Assembly: GCA_951406725.2 (NCBI GenBank)
Contig: OX597821.1
Location: 108,500,001-108,564,000, forward strand
Length of the DNA stretch: 64,000 nt
DNA from: Octopus vulgaris
Taxonomy: Eukaryota
Reading direction: 5' to 3'
In this document: positions 53,972 through 64,000 of the stretch, piece after piece
Position numbering within the stretch: position 1 is the stretch's first letter
Layout: each line of letters opens with the position of its first letter
The notes under the pieces: generated by a model
Seen by the model: only the letters and a program-made list of their open reading frames with translations
What the model was told of the DNA's origin: nothing
Databases searched by the model: none
Made by a program: the position numbers and the translations under genes

Positions 53972-54429
53972 TGCACGCACACACATATATACATATATAC
54001 ATACTCACAAATTTGTGTATATTTGTGTGCGTTCATGTAAATCAATATGTCGCATATATTTATGTATATCAAAGTCTCCGTGCGCGTATATATCTACATA
54101 AGAATATTCATAATCATACGCGTGTATATTCTTGTGCATGTATATATTTTATGTGAATACAAAAGCGTATATTATTTTAGAATATTAGTGACGGGGTCAG
54201 AAATGAAAGAATATATAATTGGATAGCAGCATGAAGGAATTTCTGCAAGGATAATTGGATTTAGATACGAGATGGACTGAGGGCATCTATGGCGGATGTG
54301 ACTGAGGAATCATGGCAGGGTCTAGGGGAACAGGACGTCTAAACGTTTAAAGTTACATAGAAGTGTGTGCGATGCATACGCTGTCGCTGCTGCGTATTGG
54401 TGTATGAATGTATACGCTCACGCACATTT

Positions 54430-54634
54430 TTCTATGTATGTATGTATGTATGTATGTATGTATGTATGTATGTATGTATGTATGTATGTATCTATCTATC
54501 TATCTATCTATCTATATATCTATATATCTATCTATCTATCTATCTACCTACCTATCTATCTATCCATCTATGTATGTATCTATTTATCTGTCTGTTTATC
54601 TATCTTCTTAACTATCTATCTATTCATCCATCCC

Positions 54635-54697
<63 letters not shown>

Positions 54698-54748
54698 GTC
54701 TGTCTGTCTGTCTGTCTCTCTATCTCTCTCTCTCTATCTCTCTATCTC

Positions 54749-54785
<37 letters not shown>

Positions 54786-54849
54786 TTATCTAACTAACTA
54801 ACTAACTATCTATCTATCTACCTATCTATCAATTCATCCATCCGTCCAC

Positions 54850-54917
<68 letters not shown>

Positions 54918-54945
54918 ATCTATCTATCTATCTGTCTGTCTATCT
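54430..54945 (+). repeat. (TATG)n/(TATC)n array
   Basis: Directly visible. Confidence 0.95.
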
Positions 54946-55021
54946 ACCTCTGCACAGAAACAAAGATAAAAAAACGGGTTGCGGTGACTATAAATTAGCA
55001 TTTTATCTGAATGGTCATATT

Positions 55022-55234
55022 CTTTTCTACTCTTGGCGCAAGACCCGAAATTTTGGGAGAGGCGAGCCAGTCCATTAGAAGGACCCAGTACGCAACTGGT
55101 ACATAATTTATCGACCCCGAAAGGATGAAAGGCAAAGTCGACCTCGGCAGAATTTGAATTCAGAATGTAAAGACAGACGAAACACCGCTAAGCATTTCGC
55201 CAGGCGTCCTAACGATTCTGCCGCCTCACCGCCT
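55022..55234 (-). mobile_element. SINE family B copy
   Basis: CTGGTAC..AATTTATCGACCCCGAAAGGATGAAAGGCAAAGTCGACCTCGGC is the reverse complement of the family B core. Confidence 0.85.
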
Positions 55235-55393
55235 TATTCGAATGGTCATAATATAAGGAAAATAGTGCCAAACCGGCTGGGGATATGCGTGTGTAAATGT
55301 ATGAGTGTGTGTTTGCCTGTGTGTGTGTGCGTGCATCGTGCTTGTATTTGTGAGTGTATGTGTGTGAATACTTGTATTCTTATATTTACATGT

Positions 55394-55705
55394 GGAGGTG
55401 CATGGCTCAGTTGTTAGACCGTCGGGCTAACATCCCTGAGGTAGTGATTTCGATTCCTGAACCGGTCTGTGTGATGTGTTCTTGAGCAAGACACTTTATT
55501 TCGCATTGCTTCTGTCCACTCAGCTGAGTTGTGACGTCATAGGTGTCAGGCTGTATCGGCACCTTCGCCTTTCTCTTGCGTAACCTCGGTGGCGTGAAGT
55601 GTGGAGGCTGGTATGCATGGGTGACTGCTGGTCTTCCATAAAAACAACCTTGCCCAGATTTGTGTCTTGGAGACGAACTTTCATAACCGAAGGGTTTCTT
55701 TACCC
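55394..55705 (+). mobile_element. tRNA-derived SINE (family C-related, diverged)
   Basis: Head GGAGGTGCATGGCTCAGTTGTTAGA...TTCGATTCC, followed by CTTGAGCAAGACACTTTATTTC. Confidence 0.7.
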
Positions 55706-55707
55706 TT

Positions 55708-55777
<70 letters not shown>

Positions 55778-57553
55778 TGTATAATATATAGACGTGGGGA
55801 TGAGATATCAAATGGGTTGATTCAACCGTTACCACTCGAGCAATGGACGAACATATTAGAAGATATTGCGGGTAATCGTAGAAAAGCAGAAATGGTCTTA
55901 AAATCCCGTTCGGTCACAATGAAATAAATATTTCATGCAAGAGAACTGTGTGTTCCACATTTGACTTGGATCAGGTGAAACGAAATAAAAAGAAAACGTT
56001 GGTTGAGGGAATCTTCAAGACGGTGCATTCAGTCCCTCTTCCACACTGCTATGCTGGTCCCTTCATGGTTTAAAAACACTGCATATAGTTTCGCTTCGTT
56101 TGATTCTTTGAGGCGTAATGGTTACATAAGAGATTCCCATTTTCTTTACACATTTATTAAACTTTGTAACGTCTTTGAGCAGCAGGATCTTGGTAGTAGA
56201 AGGTAACGGTCTGCTTCTTTACTTTCACTGACGGTCGGACCGTTTCTTGCAGCAGTGTCTAAGCAAAGCTACTTTTGATTGTTCCTATGTTTTTTTAATG
56301 AACTCTACAACGATTTTCGAGCTGCAGGGGCTGGAATGTAGAAGGCAGGCAAGTCACTGCTTCTTATTATCGTCTCCTACTTTGTTTCTCCACCTGACCA
56401 GAGCAACATTCGATCGTCCCTTCTCGTTCTCGCGATAGTGGAGGACACACAATGCGATTTGTTGATGGAGCAAAGTTACAGATCGCTGTAGACACTCCGA
56501 TGATTTATGCTTCGCCAAATGAAGATATCTTAAAACAGTAGTTAATTTCGTCGCCGGAATATTGAAATGGTGGTATTTTTCAACTTTGTTTCTCGAAGAT
56601 TAATTACATTTCTACTCCAAAATGTCTACATTGACCCATTACTAAAACAAAATGGAGTATTGCACGGATTCCTTGCAGTATTCGAGTGCAGTCTGGCATC
56701 TCCGCTAATCATCAGAGGAACTTATAAGAACTGAGGCAAGCTATTCTAACGATAGCTGGATTAGACTAATGCCTGTGAGTCAAAGTTACATAGAGTAACC
56801 AAGCTCAAAATACAACCCCCACACACACATATATATATATATATAATATATTAGGAAATAACACTTATTCCAGGTTATCAGGACGTTTACGATTTTATAC
56901 TTTTCTAATGAAATGTAAAAAGTATATTTTATAATATCATAATTACAAATTTGGGTTCTTTGCCAATAGATACGCAACTCGTATTTCAGGATAACCCCAT
57001 GCTATGGTATACGCAGGGAAAATTACAGCAAATAAAATAATTAAAATAACATACAATATAATTAGTTAAATAAATATAACTTACTTGTTATTAATCTGTG
57101 AGGAAAGAAGGTAGTACAAGTAATCGCTACACGTATTTCTGCGCCGGTGGGGTGTGTATTAATGGTGTGTATACACCTATACGTATGTATGTTTGTATGT
57201 ATGTTTGTATGCTTGTGTGTGTGTTGTGTGTGTATATATGATGCTAGTCTCTCATGGTCCAAGAAAGTGGGATCTGAATTTCTTTGTAAACGACCTGAAC
57301 AAATGAGTTGCTTATCGTGATCAAATGTTCGAATCTTACATTAGCTCACTCCCTCTATCAAATCGACGTTGCCTGAACAGCACTGGTGCAGTGTGTACCA
57401 CGCGTCAAGTGTCCAAGTGATTTCAGACCAATATGAGATGAAGTCTTTTGCTCAAGAAACCACGATTTTGCGACACCCTAACTATTGCAACACCCTAACT
57501 TTTAAACAAGCACCATCACTCACACTCAGGAACACTACCCCTTCACACACAAG

Positions 57554-57628
<75 letters not shown>

Positions 57629-58001
57629 ATACTACTCTTACTATCTATTTTTGCACACCTGTCAATGCCGTGTCGAACAGACGTAAACCAGATGTTAAGC
57701 AGACATAAAGCAGATGTTAATGGTTTACTAAGTGTCTGGTGGTCTTCTTAAATTCAACAAGATGTTTTGAAATGTAGACATAAAAAAACCCGTGAATATA
57801 GGATTTGGATTTGATGGCTTAACTGGGCAAACTCCGAAGTCACTGTGAAGAATATTCTTGTTTAAGAATAACAAATTTCAACTTTATAAACGTATAGAGA
57901 CACCGATGAGATTCATGTAAAATTGTTTTATCATAACTGAACACAAAATCAACCACTTATTCGTGTGTGTGTGAATGTGTGCATTTATACGTGTGTGTGT
58001 G

Positions 58002-58035
<34 letters not shown>

Positions 58036-58441
58036 TGTATGTATGTATATAAATGTGCGTGATAGTCTGTGTGTGTACGCGTGCTTGCATTTTATAATAT
58101 AAAAAAAACATGGCTAAGCATTCGTTTTACGGATAAACGAGAAAGAAAAAGGAAGAGGAAAGAATCGAAACCCTATAATTGAGAAAGACGTATCCGAAGG
58201 TTCTTCGATTCATTCTTCACATTCAGTCCCCAAGGAATTGTGAGCCTTACAAATAGAAAAACGAAAAGACATTTATACGTAGCTTATATAAATATACGAA
58301 CTTGGGAATATGGTTTACTGCAATTATATATTAGCCGCTATACTTACACGCATTATATTTTGTGACGTCTCTTAATGCACATCTATCTATCTATCTATTT
58401 ATATACACACATACATACATACATACATACATACATGCATA

Positions 58442-58477
<36 letters not shown>

Positions 58478-58490
58478 CTTATGTATATAC

Positions 58491-58545
<55 letters not shown>

Positions 58546-58721
58546 CACATATATATATAAGTAATGACCTATCTATCAATAATAACTTAATCAAACCCGT
58601 AGGGATATTAAGCGCTGAAGACATTCCCAATTACGAATCTTCCGCGTCCTTTTCTATTCTCCCCACCAGGTAATCTATAATACTTTTCATATATATAAAT
58701 ATATATATATATAATATTTTC

Positions 58722-58757
<36 letters not shown>

Positions 58758-59032
58758 TATAATTATTTATCTGAATATAGATATGTATATACGTGTGTGT
58801 GTACGGAGGTATGTGTGTGGTGAAGGGGCCCTATAACAAATAAATGATTTGTGTGTGTGTGTGTGTGTCCCCTGCACCCCAGGGATAATTTTATGAAAAG
58901 AAAACTGATTGGTTAATAAAATGTTCTTAACCCACAATTTGCTTTTTTTCTTCATTGTGGGAAGACATTTTTGAGGTGAAAAAGGACCTCCCTGCTGTTT
59001 TTTATATTATTGCACTCACACACACACTGATA

Positions 59033-59078
<46 letters not shown>

Positions 59079-59249
59079 TACACACATACACACACTCAGC
59101 ACACACACTCATGCACACATGCATATATATATATAACAGAAATTATATATCTGTGTGTATATATATTTGTGTACATATAAAATATATGTATTATGTAAGT
59201 ATATGTATATTAATATATCTGTGTGTATGTATATATATATATATATGCG

Positions 59250-59498
59250 GTGGAGGCACGTAGCTTAGTGGTTAGGGTGTCAGCATCATGATAGTAAGAT
59301 TGCGGTTTCGATTCCTGGACCGGGCGACGCGTTATGTTCTTGAGCAAAACACTTCATTTCACGTTCCTCCAGTCCACCTCAGCTGGCAAAAATGTGTAAC
59401 GCTGCGATGGACTGGCGTCCCAGCCAACTAGGGAACACATACGTCATAGAAACCGGGAAACCGGGCCATGAGCCTGACTAGGCTTTAAAAGGGCGCAT
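59250..59498 (+). mobile_element. tRNA-derived SINE family C variant
   Basis: Head GGAGGCACGTAGCTTAGTGGTTAGGG...GGTTTCGATTCC; tail GAAACCGGGAAACCGGGCCATGAGCC. Confidence 0.8.
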
Positions 59499-59523
59499 TG
59501 ATATTTTTTAAAGTATATATATA

Positions 59524-59602
<79 letters not shown>

Positions 59603-60205
59603 TATATATATAAGCACACACATATATTTGCATAATCATGTATATACCTGGACATTGAACAGGTATATACTCACATATATATGTATATGCAGTGTACACA
59701 TCTATGTATCTGCATACATACATGTATGTTTGTCTATGTGTGCGTGCGTGTATATAGATCGATATAGATATGCATGTATGTATGTATTATGTATGTATGT
59801 ATGTATATATGTATGTATGCGTGAGTATTATATAACCACATATATACACACTCATTCTCAAGATTATTTTCGCAGGACGTTTAAATCAATGATATTGTTG
59901 GCAAATTTCTGCAAAATTTTAAAAATTTCTCTTGAACATCCAAAAGCCTCATGTCAACAAATAATTCTGCCATTCTCTGTACAGACCCTATGACAGGCAT
60001 CTGCTAGCCTTCTGTTATTGTAAAACATACAGTTATTTACATTGTATATTTGAAGCAAACTAGAAATGCTGTAAAAGCTAGCACACTCGGATATTTCTTT
60101 TCACAAAGATAAAAAATGGCCTCCTCCCTGCCTCCCATAAAAATACATACATATATCCATATACATACACATATATGTATGTATATATGTATATATATAT
60201 GTATA

Positions 60206-60273
<68 letters not shown>

Positions 60274-60297
60274 CATGCACACACACACACACATATA

Positions 60298-60329
<32 letters not shown>

Positions 60330-60817
60330 CATATGCGTGTGTGTGTGTGTACCTATATGTACATATATATATATATATATATACGTATGTATGTATCTAT
60401 CTATATATATATATGTATATATGCATGTATATATAGATATATGTATACACATATATATCTATGAATATATATATGTATATATGTGCATATGTATATATAT
60501 GTATATATATATGTATATATGTGTTTATATATATATATATATGTGTGTGTATGTGTGTGTATGTATATATGATGTATATGAATATGACGATGTGTTGACA
60601 GAGAGTCTTAAATAGATGAGAGTTTGCACAACTGCAGTTCTACTGATAAAGCTACAAAATTAATGATATCTCGATGTCTTGCAAACAGCCGTCCCGTTAA
60701 AGCCACACTTAAAGTCTTTATTTCACTGTCTCAGATTCTTGCTTTTCGTTGAGAAAATCTACAGACCCTGTTGTAAGGCTACAGTATGAGAAACAAGCAC
60801 ACGTCACGCACATTTAC

Positions 60818-60975
<158 letters not shown>

Positions 60976-61015
60976 TGAGATAGATATATAGATAGATAAA
61001 TAGATAGACAGACAC

Positions 61016-61092
<77 letters not shown>

Positions 61093-61269
61093 CAGATAGA
61101 TAGACAGACAGATATAGACGCATATTTATCTATTCTATATACATATATATATATATTTATATATATATAAAGTTAATCCAAACAAGAATGCACAAAAAAA
61201 CAAAACAACTCGAGGACGTGAAACAAATATAGTATTATTGGACGCTCAGGAAAGAAGGAAAGAAGGAGA

Positions 61270-61304
61270 ATATAACGTTTCGAGCGGAGCTCTTCGTCGG
61301 AAAC
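61270..61304 (-). ncRNA. Degenerate minimal hammerhead motif
   Basis: The minus strand reads GUUU-CCGACGA-A-GAGC-UCC-GCUC-GAAA-CG-UU-AUAU: U4>C in the core, palindromic AACGUU stem III, decayed stem I. Confidence 0.5.
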
Positions 61305-61918
61305 ATACACCCACACATGTATTTGTATATGCGTATATATGTATATATGTATGTATATATGTATTCATGAATTTTACTGACATGAAGTAAGAGAAATATT
61401 TCAAAGGGGCCAGTGGATGATATTTGAAAAGCATAGACATATGCAGGCATATCAAATACCATTCAACATTAACCCCTGATTTGTTAAAACTATCTCTGCC
61501 TCTAAAGGATGCGTGACAATTACTAAACGGTAGTTGTCACCAGCTTCATATGAGAAGGGGAGATAATCTCATGAAGCAAAACTTTCTCTAATGTCGATGT
61601 GCTATTAAGGAAAAATCATGCTAATTTTATGGAAATAAGAGGACGGCTGGTGTAATTTTTTCTTCCTCAATAAACGTCATCCGTACGACAGGGATCCTTA
61701 GCATTCTTCAGCTGCCAAAGGACAGGGACATTTACAAGAGTAGAATATATCTATGGGCTTTTCTTTTCCTTCCTGGCACGTCTATCCTGGACAATTCTTC
61801 AGTTTTGTGATTGGTTTCCTTTTTTATAATGAAATAGTATAGAATTGTCATTTAGTAATTGTGATACGCACGCGCACACACACACACTCACACTCATATA
61901 CATACTTACATATATATA

Positions 61919-62310
61919 TTGCGTTGTCCGGAAAGTTCGTGCCGAGTTTTAAAGGAAAGAAAAAGGTCAATAAATACTTGCCATTACATTTTTAATCAGC
62001 CATATATGAACCATTTTGTTGCACAATGCGTCTCCATCTTTCCTTTAACTTGAGAATACCCTCCTTATTTTTTTACTTCATCCAAAGAATTGAAATTTTT
62101 ACCATTAAGACTATTCTGCAGACACCTGAATAAATGGAAATCCGAAGGAGCAATATCTGGTAAATATGAAGGGTCGGGTAACACATCCCAGCCGAGCTGC
62201 AACAATTTTTGTCTGGTTCCCAAATCATCAAGTGCCGAAAATAAACTTTCTTATCTTCCAATTTAAAGGGTTGCAGAATTAACACAGGGTATAGGAACAT
62301 AAATGCTAGA
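61919..62310 (-). mobile_element. Truncated, internally deleted copy of the adjacent mariner element
   Basis: It has a TA|TTGCGTTGTCCGGAAAGTTCGTGCCGA TIR and parallels 62343-62770. Confidence 0.85.
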
Positions 62311-62342
62311 AAGAACGACTAAATCTCCATCGCACTATTGTA

Positions 62343-62897
62343 TTAGGTTGTCAGGAAAGTTCGTGCTGATTTTTAAAGGAAAGAAAAAGGTCAATAAATA
62401 CTTGCCATTACATTTTTAATCAGCCATATATGAACCATTTTGTTGCACAATACGTCTCCATCTTTCCTTTAACTTGAGAATACCCTCCTCACAGAATTGA
62501 GGCGGTTTCATGGCAAAGAATTCATCAAGATATCTTTTTACATCATCCAAGGAATTGAAATTTTTACCATTAAGACTATTCTGCAGAGACCTAAATAAGT
62601 GAAAACCTGAAGGAGCAATACCTGGTGAATATGGAGGGTGGGATAACACATCCCAGCCGAGCTGTAGCAATTTTTGTCTGGTTCCCAAATAATCAAGTGC
62701 CGAAAATGAACTTTCTCATCTTCAATTTTAAAGGGTTACGGAATTAACACAGGTAATAAGAACATAAACCTTCTTCCACGAAAAGATAGCTTCAACTATG
62801 CTCTAAATGGAGGTGTAGTCAAATCCTATTTTATGTACTCAACCATGTTCTAAAATAAGGTACGCTACTATAAATCGGCACGAACTTTCCGGACAAC

Positions 62898-62901
<4 letters not shown>
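62343..62901 (-). mobile_element. Non-autonomous mariner (559 bp) retaining the transposase C-terminus
   Basis: TIRs TTAGGTTGTCAGGAAAGTTCGTGCTGATTT and AAATCGGCACGAACTTTCCGGACAACCCAA with TA flanks. ORF 62416-62688 has LGWDVLSHPPYSPGIAPSGFHLF (the HPPYSPDLAPSD motif) and ERW..V..NG.Y. Confidence 0.92.
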
Positions 62902-62936
<35 letters not shown>

Positions 62937-63148
62937 ATTGTATTATTAAAATACCATCACAAGTGGTAAGCGAATTATTAGCCATACAGGCAAATTAATA
63001 AAATATATACATACAATATTAGATATGTACATATATACATAAGGGTACTAAATGAGTAGCTATATCGCTCATGATAGAAGTCAAAAAATACTTCTGTACC
63101 ACCGAAAAGTCACAAATCTATTACAGACACCCAGACATATATATATAT

Positions 63149-63215
<67 letters not shown>

Positions 63216-64000
63216 TAGATAGATAGATAAGTAGAAAAAAGATATAAATAGGTGGACACAGATATATGTATATGTATATATACACACACACACACAGATA
63301 TATATATATACACATACATATACATACATACATTTATATGTTTGTGTCTTTGTGTATTTGTGTTTGTGCGTTTGTGTGTGTATTACTTGTCTGTGTTTGA
63401 CTGTGCGTCCAGTAAATATATGTTGATGGAATATGAGGTCTTGGCGCCACTTTTTATTCTTTTATCTTTTTATTTAATTACTTATTCATTCTAATTTTTT
63501 TTTTCGCATTAATTGACATTTTCATTCCTTCAGTGTTTTCTTCGAAATCTTAACCTTGTCTGATTACTTAGGAGATTCTGGATTCAAAACAAACTCAAGA
63601 CCAAAATGAAGAATAAATTACCGAGAAAAAAACGAACATAGAAAAAATACAGAAAATAGTGTTATACAATAAATAAATATATATATGAAGGCATATTGCA
63701 GTTATATGATAAAGGATATAACCGATATCACATAACAGAGAATATTCGGAAAGTATCAGGGCTATGGCGTTTGGTGTTTACCAAAGTTTTATGCCTGTTA
63801 GTGATAAGGATTGCAATGGTGGTCGCAGTGGTTATAACGAAAACACTGTGGTATTGTTAAGAAAATATAGTAGCCACCGGAGTAGTTATAGTAGTATTGA
63901 TAATGTATTTTGGTTTATCATGCTGAAGCAGACACGCCTATAATCAAAGACATTCCAGCCGGAATCATCGCGTCGATTTATATTTTATCTTCTTTTTTTT

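Noticed and set aside
58611-58648. GCG-CTGAAGA...GAAT..TC-CGC
   Set aside because: There is no stem II, and it has GAAT instead of GAAA.
63577-63615. FWIQNK reading reminiscent of the homeodomain WFQN motif
   Set aside because: There is no other homeodomain residue pattern or sustained ORF.

Overview
This is an AT-rich, extremely microsatellite-dense eukaryotic window with no recognisable host protein-coding exon. Nearly all ORFs in the supplied track are translations of (TA)n, (CA)n, (GATA)n, (GAT)n, (GGT)n or (GAA)n repeats. The repeat content suggests an octopus or other coleoid cephalopod (inference). Coding remnants are all mobile: two CR1-group LINE reverse transcriptases (1-1343, 5289-6620), an RTE LINE (about 44790-47026, minus), a decayed RLE-endonuclease LINE absent from the ORF track (about 50730-51600, minus), a Buster/ZBED8-type hAT transposase (about 43137-44250) and mariner remnants (61919-62901). 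There are three tRNA-derived SINE families, one sharing its 3' stem-loop tail with the CR1-group LINEs. Two things stand out. (1) Short elements, often sitting in (TA)n tracts, carry minimal type-I hammerhead ribozyme motifs with palindromic stem III. Two copies (18762-18844, 40696-40781) are nearly canonical and covary, one locus is a head-to-head double-hammerhead palindrome (23079-23204), and several more are degenerate or half copies. This looks like a Penelope- or retrozyme-like non-autonomous system. (2) A 12.9-kb composite element (36147-49061) has GGATCTTTTC termini, a perfect 8-bp target duplication and long nested inverted repeats. It carries a cargo of other elements and is related to a 465-bp MITE (10029-10493) that contains telomere-like CCCTAA repeats. 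Ribozyme activity, family names and copy numbers cannot be established from this window alone.
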